Assembly: GCA_016699105.1 (NCBI GenBank)
Contig: CP064960.1
Location: 72,727 to 136,726, forward strand
Direction: 5' to 3'
Origin: a bacterium
GTDB taxonomy: Bacteria > Patescibacteriota > Saccharimonadia > UBA4664
DNA: 64,000 nucleotides
Every line of letters starts with the position of its first letter. The stretch's first letter is position 1. Positions 29,254 to 40,593 of this stretch are shown here, one piece after another. Under the pieces are notes generated by a model. The model did not search any database. It had not been told where the DNA came from and was given only the letters and a program-made list of their open reading frames with translations. The translations under genes were made by a program, and so were the position numbers.

Positions 29254-29371
29254 ATTAAAGATATTGTACCGAACGTCAGCCGCACTGGCAAACTTGACGT
29301 TTTGTTAAATAATCATTATTATATCTATCCGGCTGTTTGTTTTACTCCCTCCCAGCCAGCTCTTTGCAACT

Positions 29372-29998
29372 TTGGAGATGCTTTCTATGGCGTCGATAAC
29401 TGCAGCTTATGTCGTAAAAAACGTAACCGGCCGACAAGTTCGCTGGTTACACGCTGATCGCCCTCTACTTGCGAAGCAGTCAGAAAATGTGACTGATCTG
29501 TATTTACCACTCGATGTCATCAGTGAAAAATTGGTGTCTGAAACGTCGACAATCATCCAAACGGCAACGGTACCAGCTACATTTGGCTCCACTAATATCT
29601 ACCGACCGGTCGTACTTGGTATCACCCAGCCAACCGCCCATCATGCGGAAGTTTTCTGCCGTTTGGATGGCGCATTGGCGCGAGAAGTCGGTACGCTACC
29701 TGGAGCTCACACCTGGTTTTATGGCAAAACACAGTTTTGTGTTTGCAGCCTCGATGTAGTTTCAGAGGAACATCACGTCAAATCGTTTCGACTTAAAGTG
29801 CAACAATGGCGTATAAACAATTCCACACCTGCAGGTATCACCTTAGATGGTACGACTATTGCCGACCTCGATTCCGAATCGCATCGCGCTGACCAATCGG
29901 CCATACCTGATATATGGACGCCGGCATTTACAGCATGTTTAGACCAGCTGATGTGTACTGTGCCAGATTGCCAGCAAATCCATATTGCCCAACCCTAG
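29372..29998 (+). CDS. Hypothetical protein inserted between ruvB and ruvA.
   Basis: 208-aa ORF with no recognised family. It is followed by a perfect terminator. Confidence 0.35.
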   Translation: MEMLSMASITAAYVVKNVTGRQVRWLHADRPLLAKQSENVTDLYLPLDVISEKLVSETSTIIQTATVPATFGSTNIYRPVVLGITQPTAHHAEVFCRLDGALAREVGTLPGAHTWFYGKTQFCVCSLDVVSEEHHVKSFRLKVQQWRINNSTPAGITLDGTTIADLDSESHRADQSAIPDIWTPAFTACLDQLMCTVPDCQQIHIAQP

Positions 29999-29999
29999 A

Positions 30000-30040
30000 C
30001 CCCCTGTACGACGTTGTCGTACAGGGGGATCCTTTTTATT
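30000..30040. terminator. Bidirectional rho-independent terminator.
   Basis: ccccctgtacgac-gtt-gtcgtacaggggg is a 13-bp perfect stem, followed by atccttttt. It lies between convergent genes. Confidence 0.6.
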
Positions 30041-30596
30041 ATTGAACCGATTTGAGGGCAGCTTTGATGCGCTCTTGGTCACTTGTCAGGTTTACCGGGA
30101 TGGCGGCTACAGCCTGCGTCGCTTGAGCTGGCGTATATCCAAGCCCGACGAGCGCCTGGTAGGCAGGGTCAGCAACTGGTGCCAGACCGGCAGCCTCTAT
30201 TTCCAGTTTGCCTCGTAAATCGATGACGATTCGTTGGGCAGTTTTGGGCCCAACGCCCGTGATGCCTCTGAGTAGGCTAGCATCGCCGGACTCGATCGCT
30301 TGGCGCAAACGTTCCGGACCGCCAGCATTTAAGATCTGCAAGGCGGACTTTGGCCCGACCCCATTGACACCGATGAGCTGGACAAACAATTGGCGGCCCG
30401 CCAGATCGGGAAATGCATATAATTGGTGAGCATCTTCCCTGATATGCTCGTAGATATAGTATTTGGCTGCAGTACCGAGTTTAGCCGCTCCCCATGAATC
30501 GACTGTGACTGCCAATTCGTAACCGATGCCGCCGGTTTCCAAGATCAAAGTATCGGCCAATTTTTCGGTGAGTTGTCCTGACAAAGTGAGTATCAT
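30039..30596 (-). CDS. ruvA: Holliday junction DNA helicase subunit RuvA.
   Basis: MILTLSGQL...LILETGGIGYEL...LIGVNGVGPKSALQIL...GITGVGPKTAQRIV has the OB fold plus two HhH motifs. Start is at the internal Met (30596). Confidence 0.85.
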   Translation of the reverse strand: MILTLSGQLTEKLADTLILETGGIGYELAVTVDSWGAAKLGTAAKYYIYEHIREDAHQLYAFPDLAGRQLFVQLIGVNGVGPKSALQILNAGGPERLRQAIESGDASLLRGITGVGPKTAQRIVIDLRGKLEIEAAGLAPVADPAYQALVGLGYTPAQATQAVAAIPVNLTSDQERIKAALKSVQ

Positions 30597-30679
30597 ATCA
30601 GATATTGTAGCATTGCGGCAGAATGTTATACCGCTCGTGATTGCTGTAGGGGTAGCTGCACGCGTACAATTAGGTTGCA

Positions 30680-32110
30680 ATGAATATCCTTATGATCGCG
30701 GGCGAAGTGTCGCCGTATGCCAAAACTGGCGGTTTGGGCGAGGTCATGGAAGCTTTACCAAAAGCAGTCCATCGACTTGGCCATGACGTGCGAGTCTACA
30801 TGCCAAAATACGGTGCTATCGATGAGCAGCGCTTAGCTTTCGTGCCGATTGGCCGGTCGACCTCGCTGACAATTGAAGGGCGCAAGATGCCGATCAGTTT
30901 TTCGGCTAGTATTTTGGCACAAGAAGTGCCGATTTATTTTTTTGAAAGCGACGATTTTTTCCCTGGTGATAGTCAGGCTATCTACGATCATACGGCCGGT
31001 AACCTCCCCTTTTATGCCTTCAATTTAAGTGTATTTAAACTGCTCGATATTCTCGACTGGGTGCCGGACGTCATTCAGGTGCATGATTGGCATGCGGGCT
31101 TGGTGCCGAACTTGATTGCCGATCTGCCCAAAAGTTCGAAATACGCTCATATTGCCACCGTCCAGACTATTCACAATAGCGCGTATGTTTCAATCAGTGG
31201 CCAACGAGCAGTTCCAAAAGAGCGCCAAGATGATGGGAGCGGCCGACTGCCAATGGAAGTTGGGCAGGTGCCATACTTGAATTTCTTAAAACGCGGTATT
31301 GTGCATGCCGATGTCATAACGACAGTGAGTGAACAATATGCCAAAGAGCTCTTGATCCGGCAATCGAGTCACGGCCTTTATGATGTCCTCAGTCCGCGGG
31401 CGAAACACTTCTTTGGTATTCGCAATGGCCTCGACTACGCCCATTGGAACCCAATGTTTGACCCGCATTTACCCGTTAACTACGACCATGACATTTTGCA
31501 CCGCAAATATGACAATAAGCGGGCTTTGCAGCATCGTCTCGGATTGCCAATAGATGAGAAAATCCCCATTTTGGGAATGAATTCGCGCATTACCGAGCAA
31601 AAAGGTTATAGCCTGGTGTTTGAAATTATTGATGAGTTGATGGCTCGGGGCGTGCAATTGGTGGTAGTGGGAACCTCGCAAAAGGACGAATATGATGACA
31701 TCTTATGCGAAAAAGTCCGGCAATATCCTGGCCAAATAGCTTATCGTCCCTATTCGAGTGAAACCGGTAGTCTGGTGTATGCTGGCGCCGATATATTTCT
31801 GATGCCGAGCTTGTTTGAACCCAGTGGTTTAGGGCAATTGGTCAGCTTACGTTACGGTACTATTCCGGTAGTGCGCCGAACCGGTGGATTAGCTGACACA
31901 ATTTTCGAATATTCACATCGAGCCAAAGGTACGAACGGCTTTGTCTTCGAAGAGTATACGGGAGAGGCGTTATTGGCGGCCATCGATCGAGCACTCTTGG
32001 TGTGGAGCCGTAAACCGGAATGGTGGGATTTGATGGGCCGGGCGATGGCTTTATCCTATTCGTGGGAAATACCAGCCAAAAATACGTCAAAATGTACCGT
32101 ACTGCTATGA
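30680..32110 (+). CDS. glgA: Glycogen synthase (GT5, ADP-glucose type).
   Basis: MNILMIAGEVSPYAKTGGLGEV, the HDWHAGL motif, and the C-terminal PSLFEPSGLGQL. 476 aa. Confidence 0.85.
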   Translation: MNILMIAGEVSPYAKTGGLGEVMEALPKAVHRLGHDVRVYMPKYGAIDEQRLAFVPIGRSTSLTIEGRKMPISFSASILAQEVPIYFFESDDFFPGDSQAIYDHTAGNLPFYAFNLSVFKLLDILDWVPDVIQVHDWHAGLVPNLIADLPKSSKYAHIATVQTIHNSAYVSISGQRAVPKERQDDGSGRLPMEVGQVPYLNFLKRGIVHADVITTVSEQYAKELLIRQSSHGLYDVLSPRAKHFFGIRNGLDYAHWNPMFDPHLPVNYDHDILHRKYDNKRALQHRLGLPIDEKIPILGMNSRITEQKGYSLVFEIIDELMARGVQLVVVGTSQKDEYDDILCEKVRQYPGQIAYRPYSSETGSLVYAGADIFLMPSLFEPSGLGQLVSLRYGTIPVVRRTGGLADTIFEYSHRAKGTNGFVFEEYTGEALLAAIDRALLVWSRKPEWWDLMGRAMALSYSWEIPAKNTSKCTVLL

Positions 32111-32149
32111 AAGCCCACCAGAGCCGAGACTGATATAATCAGAATAGAT

Positions 32150-33890
32150 ATGAATACTTTTCTCAAGCATATGGGTAGTGCAATTGTGGTGGCGGCAAGT
32201 TGGTTGTGGTTGAGTGGAGTGGCGGTGGCGGCCGGAGATATGACCATTACGCGGTTTGATGCCGACTTGACGCTGTCGAATACCGACAAACAAGGCCAGT
32301 TACATCGTTGAAACGATTGATATGGAATTCCTGGTACCTAAGCACGGACTGCTGCGAGCCATACCCGAGAAATACCAAGGTCAATCGCTGGAATTGTCGG
32401 TCAACAAAGTGACGTCACCAAGCGGCGCACCGAGCGGCTTTGAGCTAGAGTCCAACAATGACAATATAGTATTGCGCATCGGCGATGCCAATCAAACAAT
32501 AACAGGTAAGCAGACATATGTTATTGATTACACTGTCAGCAATGTCGTGCGCTGGTTTGACGGCCGGCCCGAATTGTATTGGGACATCAACGGCGATCAA
32601 TGGCCGGCAGCTACTCAAGCGGTACAAGCGGTACTGCATCTGCCTGGATCGGCCGGATTAAGCCGTTGTTATACCGGCAAATATGGACAAACAGAGGCCG
32701 CCTGTACCATCGAAAATAATGGTAACAATGTGAAGGTAGCGACGACGGCTCCCTTACAAGATTATGAAACTCTGACGCTGGTCACACAATTGCCAGATGG
32801 CTACTTTGTGGCACCGACATGGCGCGATTGGCTGGCCGAGCGGGCTGCAGAACTAGCAGTCGCTATGGCTATTTTTGGGTTCGTCGGCGGTTGGGCCTGG
32901 CGAAAATGGTGGCGCGAAGGGCGCGATCTCAAAGGCCGGGGCATTATCGTGCCGGAGTACGACGCGCCAAAAGGGATTTCTCCGGCCGAAGCCGGAGTGA
33001 TCGATGGTTATAGGCTGGAGTCGCGCGATCTGACAGCCACATTGATAGATTTGGCAATCCGCAAATACGTAAAAATTCACGAAGAGACGAAACGCCAACT
33101 CATCGGATCAACGCAAACGTATCATTTTGAACTCCTCAAATCTGATTGGGCGAGTCTCAATGACAGTGAGCGCCAAATATTGACAGCCTTATTCGAGGAT
33201 AAAACCGCTGGTACTGTGGTGGACGACCTGGCCGGCCGACGCACCGAACTGGCCCAAGTGTTCCGAGATTTAGGTTCGAGCCTGCCCAAGGATTTAACGA
33301 CGCGCGGCTATTTTCCAGCTAACCCAATGACAAGCGGAGGCTGGTTGTGGGCGGTGGGCATAGTGTTGGGCGTGGCAGCCTTTTTTGTGGCTAATGTTTT
33401 GAGTTGGGTGGCGGCCGCTTGTGCCGTAACAGCGGCCGTGACATTTGCCCTAGCCGCGCTCATGCCTAAGAGGACTAATAGCGGAGTAACAGCACGTGAG
33501 CACATCCAGGGATTAAAGCTATATTTGGATACTGCGGAAAAAGACCGGCTCAAAATGATGCAAAGTGTTACCCGAAGATATGCTCGATCGGTTGGCGAGG
33601 CGCCTGTGCGAACGGTGGAGCTATTTGAAAAATTGTTACCATATGCCATTGTGTTGGGTGTGGAAGACTCGTGGGCGAAACAGTTTGCCGATATCTATAC
33701 CCAGGAACCCGACTGGTATGCCGGTAATTGGATAACGTTTAATGCGATGGCCTTGACGCATAGTTTGAACGGAGCAGTTGGCGCTATGAATACTAACTTT
33801 ACACCACCCAGCAGTTCGAGCAGCAGTGGCTTTGGTGGTGGCGGCTTCTCGGGTGGCGGTGGTGGTGGTGGAGGTGGTGGCAGTTGGTGA
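32150..33890 (+). CDS. DUF2207-family membrane protein with a Gly-rich C-terminal tail. There is an N-terminal frameshift near 32300.
   Basis: An unlisted upstream ORF encodes the signal peptide plus ITRFDADLTLSNTDKQGQL, the DUF2207 N-terminal motif. It continues VETIDMEFLVP in the main ORF. Three TM helices follow, then the tail SSSSSGFGGGGFSGGGGGGGGGGSW. Confidence 0.65.
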
Positions 33891-34762
33891 TGTCAAACGA
33901 AGCTTGGATGCGTGAATATTTGGGTGGGCTGGCACATGTCCACACCCGGTTGAGCAATTATCACGGTCACCACGAAAGCGACCAGTCGGTGCAATCGTAC
34001 GTGGCCTGGTTGCATGAACACGATTTACTGGGACCTCAAGCACCATGGCAATATCTGGTTATAACAAACCACACCGCCAATCCAGTTCGGCCATGGCGGC
34101 TCAGTTTGCGGGGTTGGCGATCGCGTCAGCTGAAACACCAGGCACTGCAGGCCACAGTAGATGGCATCCGGGTATGGCAAGGGTTTGAATGTAGTTTGCT
34201 ACCCAACGGGCATACTGACATCCCCGATACTATGCACGCTCGGGCAGCGGTGGTAGTAGCGTCAGTCCATGGAGGTTGGTCTAACTTTAGTGACGGACCA
34301 AGCCGGCTTGCGACGCTCGAGCAAGCCTGTAATTTGTTGGAAGTTGATATCTTGGGTCATCCACTACGGGGCATTGAAGCCGTGGCCAGTGATCTCAACT
34401 GGGAATTATTATGGCGGCGAGCGACTGCAACCGGAACCGCTATCGAAATAAATGTAAACTCTTTTCCTGGTGCGACCGAGCCGGAGTGGCGGCAAACACC
34501 CTGGCACCAGTGGTTGAAAAGTCTGGCCCATGGTCCCGCCCAACTATGGTTGGGGTTTGATTTGCATAACCAAGTTCAGCTGGAACGACTGCGCGCAAAT
34601 TGGCAGTCAATTGATAATCCTGATGAACCCAACCAATTGCGAGATTGTTTACTGGCATTACGTTCGGCTGGTATCCGACCGGAGCGCATCATTAACCGTC
34701 AGGTCAACGACTGGCAAGCATGGCTAGATCAACCGAAGGGCGATCGGGGAAGCAAATTGTGA
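33884..34762 (+). CDS. PHP-domain metal-dependent phosphoesterase (putative).
   Basis: HVHTRLSNYHGHH and the downstream DILGHP/His clusters resemble the PHP family. Confidence 0.4.
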   Translation: MVMSNEAWMREYLGGLAHVHTRLSNYHGHHESDQSVQSYVAWLHEHDLLGPQAPWQYLVITNHTANPVRPWRLSLRGWRSRQLKHQALQATVDGIRVWQGFECSLLPNGHTDIPDTMHARAAVVVASVHGGWSNFSDGPSRLATLEQACNLLEVDILGHPLRGIEAVASDLNWELLWRRATATGTAIEINVNSFPGATEPEWRQTPWHQWLKSLAHGPAQLWLGFDLHNQVQLERLRANWQSIDNPDEPNQLRDCLLALRSAGIRPERIINRQVNDWQAWLDQPKGDRGSKL

Positions 34763-35754
34763 ACCACGTTTACGACAAGGCTGATGTACCAGCCGATGTG
34801 GCTGATGTTTTAGCTGAACAACAGTTGGAAATCGTCAAAATCTGGCGGCGCGGTCCACGATTCTGGACAGGATTAGTCCGGCTGCCAGATAACGGCGATA
34901 TACCTGGTCAAGAAGCAGTGCTCAAGGTAGTACTCAATGATTGGCCCTGGCAACTCCAAACGAACGCCACCGAATGGCATTCTTCCGATCAACTGTTGGC
35001 CGAAGCCGATGTGTTGCTGGCGCTGGGTGAATACCGGCATCGGCTATCAGGGCATTTGCCGTCCATACTGGGTCATAAACGCGATCGTCCAGCCTGGACA
35101 TTACGATCCATGGTCTATGGTCGAGGTATTGACCTGGCCGCTAACGGATTCGGTTTTGACTCCACTACTTGGCATTCCCAGGATACGAAACGGCTCGTTA
35201 ACTATATCCGAGATTATCAAAAGCTGTCTCTGGAACTCCCGGAACTGGCGGTATCAACAGCCAAGGGTGATCCACAGTATATGGACGCCTGGGTCTCTTG
35301 GCTTGATTTAGATAATCCGGCTGAAGCGCTCACTACGTATAGCTACGACATAAAAAATTACCTCACCGATCTGGTGCCTTGGGTGAAGTCGTTGCCCCAT
35401 GTGCTGGTTCATGGCGAAGTCTATCCGATGCACATCTATGTTGACGAGGGTAAATTAGCCTTAATTGATTGGGAAAATGCTCAACGTGGCAATGAAATGA
35501 TCGACTTGGTCACGTATTGGTTACGTGGTACGACGTACACCGATTGGCAAACTGATTTTAAACGGCAGGTTGCCGACAGTGAACGATTGCTAAACCCAAA
35601 TGAATTCAATAAATTGTGGGATTTCATGGTAGTTACAGGTGCCGCCGGTACGATTCGCCATCTGGAATTGGCTCCAGAAATTGCGCCAGAATTCCGACAG
35701 GCAGCGGTGACCGACCTCGTGCAGATAGTCCGAACTGCCTTGTACCAAAAGTAA
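34720..35754 (+). CDS. Aminoglycoside-phosphotransferase-like (APH/choline-kinase fold) kinase family protein.
   Basis: VHGEVYPMHIYVDEGKLALIDWENAQRGNEMIDLV matches the catalytic loop and DxxE region of the APH family. Confidence 0.5.
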   Translation: MARSTEGRSGKQIVNHVYDKADVPADVADVLAEQQLEIVKIWRRGPRFWTGLVRLPDNGDIPGQEAVLKVVLNDWPWQLQTNATEWHSSDQLLAEADVLLALGEYRHRLSGHLPSILGHKRDRPAWTLRSMVYGRGIDLAANGFGFDSTTWHSQDTKRLVNYIRDYQKLSLELPELAVSTAKGDPQYMDAWVSWLDLDNPAEALTTYSYDIKNYLTDLVPWVKSLPHVLVHGEVYPMHIYVDEGKLALIDWENAQRGNEMIDLVTYWLRGTTYTDWQTDFKRQVADSERLLNPNEFNKLWDFMVVTGAAGTIRHLELAPEIAPEFRQAAVTDLVQIVRTALYQK

Positions 35755-35789
35755 GTCTTGGTGCACGCAGGCTACGAATCTGCTAATGT

Positions 35790-37442
35790 TTGAGCAAGAT
35801 GACCACCCAACAATCAATTCCTGTGGCCTATTTTTCGGCGGAATACGCTATTGCCGACGATATGCCGATCTATGCCGGCGGACTCGGGGTGTTGGCGGCT
35901 GATATTGTGTTGCAAGCGGCGGCGGAAAACCGGCCGTTTATGGCCGTGGGTTTGGTCTATCATCAAGCATTTAGTGGCAATGACCTTGATCAGCGGCCCA
36001 TCCATGAACGCTTGAGTTCCCATGGTTTTGAAGTGGCAGTCCACGACGGACAACGCGTGACCGTGACGGTGCAGGTAGCCGATCGAACCGTCAAGTTGCA
36101 GGCTTGGGTCAAACAATGGGGTCAAACGAGCTTGGTACTACTCGACACCAAACTGCCCGAAAATGACCCGAGAGACCAGGCAGTCTGCGATCATCTCTAT
36201 GCGAGTGAACACCATTTAGCGATGGCTCAAGAGATTTGCCTAGGGATGGGTGGCGTTGCCATGGTGCGTGCGTTAGGCTTCCAACCACAAGCCTGGCATC
36301 TCAACGAAGGCCATACGGCTTTGGCCGGGTTGGCTTTGGCGCTGGAATACTTGAAAGGTCATGCTGGTAGTAGCTTGGCAGCAGCTGCCGCGGCGATGCG
36401 ACCAGTGATTGCCGGCACGAAACACACAATTTTGCCGGGAGCTGGATTGTTTTTGGACTGGGGCAGTGTTGACCTCTTATTGGGGCCGACCCTTCAAGCG
36501 TCTGGAATTCATCTCGATGAGCTCAAAAGTTTGGCGGGCCGACCACAACAAAACGATTACTCGGGCACGAAATTATTAGTAAGTTTATGTGGACGCCAAA
36601 GTGGTGTTTCAATTTTACATGTCAGTGAAGAAAAGCGAGTGCATCCATCGAGTACGCTCATTCCGATCACAAACGGTATCTTCCGGTGGCGATGGACCAC
36701 CAAAGCGTGGGACGGCAATCCGCTCGAGTATGATGACGCTAAGTTTTGGGCGGTACACAACGAGAACCGCCGTCAGCTAATTGAGCATGTCCGGCAACAA
36801 ACTGGCAAGCAACTGAACAACGATTGGCTGACCGTGGTATGGGCACGGCGGATGGCGGCCTACAAACGCCCAGAGCTTCTAGTGAGTGACACTGAGAGAT
36901 TAGCCAAAATACTCAATAATAGCGATAAGCCAGTCCAATTTATCGTGGCCGGTCAGGCGAATCCGGCTGACATGGGCGGCGTCGAGTTGATGCAGCGGAT
37001 TATTTCGGCAGCCAAATTGCCGGAGTTGGCTCCACGTTTGGCCTACCTCCCAGGTTACAATCCGGTAAGTGCCAAGTTTTTGGTCCGGGGAGCCGATGTT
37101 TGGTTAAATACTCCTATTCGCGGCTACGAAGCTTGCGGTACGTCGGGCATGAAAGCGAGCTTAAATGGAGCGTTGCAGTTGTCAACATCTGATGGCTGGG
37201 TTGACGAGGTAAAGTTGCAAGACATTGGCTGGTTGTTGCCGGACGTGGGCGGTGAAGCTGCCAGCCAGGCTTTGTACGACATTTTGGAAGACGAGGTGGC
37301 TCCCCTGTTTTATTGGCGAACATATGGCATCCCCCACTATTGGATCGAGCGGATGCGCGCCAACATGAAATTGGTTTTGGAAGGCTTCACGACCGAGCGG
37401 ATGTTGGCGGAATACTATACGAAGCTGTATGAGCATGCGTGA
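35790..37442 (+). CDS. glgP: Alpha-glucan (glycogen/maltodextrin) phosphorylase, short GT35 form.
   Basis: YFSAEYAIADDMPIYAGGLGVLAADIV and the PLP-lysine region CGTSGMKASLNGALQLSTSDGW. Confidence 0.8.
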   Translation: MSKMTTQQSIPVAYFSAEYAIADDMPIYAGGLGVLAADIVLQAAAENRPFMAVGLVYHQAFSGNDLDQRPIHERLSSHGFEVAVHDGQRVTVTVQVADRTVKLQAWVKQWGQTSLVLLDTKLPENDPRDQAVCDHLYASEHHLAMAQEICLGMGGVAMVRALGFQPQAWHLNEGHTALAGLALALEYLKGHAGSSLAAAAAAMRPVIAGTKHTILPGAGLFLDWGSVDLLLGPTLQASGIHLDELKSLAGRPQQNDYSGTKLLVSLCGRQSGVSILHVSEEKRVHPSSTLIPITNGIFRWRWTTKAWDGNPLEYDDAKFWAVHNENRRQLIEHVRQQTGKQLNNDWLTVVWARRMAAYKRPELLVSDTERLAKILNNSDKPVQFIVAGQANPADMGGVELMQRIISAAKLPELAPRLAYLPGYNPVSAKFLVRGADVWLNTPIRGYEACGTSGMKASLNGALQLSTSDGWVDEVKLQDIGWLLPDVGGEAASQALYDILEDEVAPLFYWRTYGIPHYWIERMRANMKLVLEGFTTERMLAEYYTKLYEHA

Positions 37443-37887
37443 TGGCAATAGCCAAAGCATCGGCGGCATCGTCTGGACGCGGGATAGCCGACAATTTGAG
37501 GAGATTTTTGACCATATCTTGGATTTGCGGTTTTTTAGCGCCACCGTAGCCGGTGACAGCCTGCTTGATTTGCATGGGTGTATATTCTGCCGGAAGGAGC
37601 CCCGCTTGGGCGATGACTAACAAAATGACTCCCCGCGCCTGTCCGACAGAAATGGCGGTAGTGACATTGGTGGAAAAGAAGAGCTGCTCGACAGCCGCGG
37701 CTTGAGGTTGGTGCTCGGCAATAAGCTGAGTGAGCTCGGTGTACAGCGTGACTAACCGAACGGGCATAGCCTCCGCGGGCGATGTCGTAATGACACCAGC
37801 ATCGATGAACGCCAAATGACCACGAGTAGCTTCAATTACGCCAAAACCCGTAGTAGCCGTACCGGGATCGACTCCTAAAATTCTCAT
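37387..37887 (-). CDS. ruvC: Holliday junction resolvase RuvC.
   Basis: MRILGVDPGTATTGFGVIE is the catalytic-Asp N-terminus. It is convergent with glgP and overlaps it by about 55 nt. Confidence 0.8.
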   Translation of the reverse strand: MRILGVDPGTATTGFGVIEATRGHLAFIDAGVITTSPAEAMPVRLVTLYTELTQLIAEHQPQAAAVEQLFFSTNVTTAISVGQARGVILLVIAQAGLLPAEYTPMQIKQAVTGYGGAKKPQIQDMVKNLLKLSAIPRPDDAADALAIAITHAHTASYSIPPTSARS

Positions 37888-37924
37888 ATTGTAATTAAGT
37901 GTACCAGACGGGTTTGCTTGATGT

Positions 37925-38807
37925 ATGATGGCGGTTATGGAACTCGTTAAACTCATTACACCCCGTGATCGCTATATGCTTGACGGACTGGTCTATGGAT
38001 CAGCTGGTGCGCAGCGCGGTTACATCTTTATACATGGATTAGAAAGTTCGGCCTTTAGCGGACATCAAGTGTTGGCGCCCTTGGCTGGACCCGATACTCA
38101 AGTGCTGTACTTCAATAATCGAGGTCACGATACATTGACGGGCATCAAGCAAGTAGCTGATACTGCCAAAGGCTATACCTGGGCAGTCGGCGGAGCTGCC
38201 CAAGAGGTATTTACCGATTGCACGGACGATATTACGTCCGCAGTGACATTTATGAAGTCGCGCGGTGCCCGTGAGATCGTGTTGGTAGGTCACTCCACTG
38301 GTTGCCAGAAGGCTATTTACACTATGAGCCAATCTGTTGCTGATGCCGCGGTGACGGGTGTGGTGTTGCTGTTGCCCAATGAGTGATTACGCAGCTATGC
38401 GCCATGAAGTAACTCCGGAAGTGTATAAGAAGGCTAAAACTGAGGCGCAACGATTCATTGCTGCTGGCAAGCCCATGGCGTTGCTTGATGAATCTTTGTG
38501 GCCGGAGATTGTGTCTGCCCAACGCTGGCTGAGTTTGTATTCCGGTACGAGCGAAGAAGAAGTATTCCCCTACGCGTTGAGCGATAAACAACCCGAAGCG
38601 CTGCGAGCTGTCAAAGTGCCGATATTGGCAATTGTGGCCGGAGCCGATGAATATCTGGATCGATCGGCAGGCGAATTGGCTAGTTGGTTTCGAGAGCACC
38701 TGGTGCAACCCGGATCGCAAGCGGTGGTTGTGGAGGGATCGTTACATAATCTCAAAGGTCACGAATCTGAGATAATGGAATTAATTTCGCAATGGCGACG
38801 TAAGTAG
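37925..38807 (+). CDS. Alpha/beta-hydrolase fold protein, with one frameshift near 38370.
   Basis: The nucleophile elbow LVGHSTGCQ sits in ORF 1. The C-terminal half with the SLHNLKGHE catalytic His sits in ORF 2. Confidence 0.55.
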
Positions 38808-38942
38808 GCAGCACGAGACGACTTGACATATCATTGATTACATTTGCCAATCATGCCATAATTGGCTGATGAAATCATTCATAGATCCGAGATTGGAGTT
38901 ATCGTGTCAAAAATTCGACCGATTAGTCTGCGGCGATGAGTT

Positions 38943-39284
38943 TTGTCACTCGATGGGCTGGCGGATTTAGTGGCCGAGCTGATGAGAGAACTATTGATGC
39001 GCCCGCACTGTATGACCACAATTTCAATCGGAAACGCCGGATCTGATGTGTACTTGACTAGTTTTGGCGATGATCATACCAGAATAACAGCAAGTTTTAC
39101 GGACATTAGTATCGTTGGGCGAGATGGCCTGTTCATGAGTGTGATACCACGGGGATCTTCGTACCAAATCCAAGGTAACCCAGGTATATCAGATGAAGAC
39201 ATGGTCAGAGCCGGAACGATTAAGATCGAATTTAGGGGTCCTAGTGGCACGAAGCTGATGTTTGCGTCAGAACTCCGGACTTAG
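38943..39284 (+). CDS. Hypothetical protein.
   Basis: 113-aa ORF followed by a strong terminator. Confidence 0.3.
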   Translation: MSLDGLADLVAELMRELLMRPHCMTTISIGNAGSDVYLTSFGDDHTRITASFTDISIVGRDGLFMSVIPRGSSYQIQGNPGISDEDMVRAGTIKIEFRGPSGTKLMFASELRT

Positions 39285-39293
39285 GCTCGACTG

Positions 39294-39338
39294 CCCAGGT
39301 ACCCACAGTTTTACCTGTGGGTACCTGGGACTTTTTGT
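39294..39338. terminator. Bidirectional rho-independent terminator.
   Basis: cccaggtacccacag-tttt-acctgtgggtacctggg, followed by actttttgttt. Confidence 0.6.
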
Positions 39339-40593
39339 TTAAATGTGTGACCGGCGGCGGCGCATAAGTTGGACACCTATGGCGGCCAAGGAGGCGAAAA
39401 TAGCTGCCAGTAATAGCCCTGCTTGGCTACCGAGCATACCGACACCGGGTAGGTCACTCAAGCCGGAGCCATCGGTGCTAGCACCTAATACCGACCCCGG
39501 AGTGGGAGATGTTGTGACGGTGGGAGTAATGGTGGGGCTAGTCTGAGGCGATGGGCTGGGTGATGGTGAAACCAATGCGGTCGGCGTGACTGATGGGGTG
39601 GGAGCCGGGGTTGACTGCCCAGGAGCCGGGACGTCGCCGGCATAAACCGCTATTGGAAAACTGGCACCACTGAGTCCCAATACAACATATGAAGTGTTAA
39701 AGGAGTCGCCGTCGCCAGACTGGTACGGGAACGATCCAGTGGCGGTTTGGACTAATTTGATGTAATTTTGAGCGTTGGTAGCGGCTGTTGAGCTGCCTTC
39801 GCCGATGGTCGACAGGGCGATAACTACCCAGGCAGATGTTGATACGTTTGAAGCATTGCCACCCCATTCAGGCGGGGTCAGTGGGTCGTAGGGGAAGCCA
39901 CCATCGGGGTTTTGAGTACCCAACACATATGCCCGGGCGGATGCTTTGGCCGCCGGTAAGCGCAAGTCTGTGCTTCCGGCAGATTGTGCGGCCTGGATGG
40001 CCATCATGGCTGCGGCGGTGTCGTCGACATCCGGCATCGTACCCGTCGTGCTGTAGTTAAAGCCGCCACCCGACAGTTGGTGGTCGAGCAGGAAATCGAG
40101 GGCATCAACAAATACCGGATTGGTCGGGTCGACATTAGCTGCAGCTAGAGCCAATACCCCAAAGGCGTCGTCATTGACGGCGGTGGCACTGCCAAGCTGT
40201 CCCCCGGTATGTAGCGATTTGAGGCCAGCGACGTAATCGGTACCACCAGCGCTGTAGGGGTTTTGGCCATCAGCTACCAGTGCCAGAATAGCCTTCTCCC
40301 AATCGGTGGCGGTCGCTCCGGCTGCGGGTGGATGAGCCAGTAGGTACGCGCGCAAACTGGCGTTGGTCTGACCGGCGGCCGCGTAGGCCATGAGTGCCCA
40401 CGGATTGACGCCACTAAAACCGGTAATCTGGCCATCGGGCTGTTGCTGAGTAGTAATGTAGGCGAGCGCCGAGGTGACGGCAGATTGGTTTGCGACCGGA
40501 ACGGCCGCCTGACTGGTAACGGGCGCCAATGCCAGTATGGCGATGGCAAGCGCTGCTAATCCACAGCTCCGATTTTAGTTATTGATACTCCCA
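39339..40593 (-). CDS. Secreted, membrane-anchored alpha/alpha-toroid repeat protein (prenyltransferase/terpenoid-cyclase-like fold) with a Pro/Thr/Ser linker and a C-terminal TM plus RRRRSH. There is an N-terminal frameshift in the signal peptide.
   Basis: Repeated QxxxG(G)F-type motifs (QQPDGQITGF, HQLSGGGFNY, QNPDGGFPY, QTATGSFPY). A good RBS (aggagata) plus ATG lies at 40593. The signal peptide CGLAALAIAILALAPVTSQA is in a shifted frame. Confidence 0.55.
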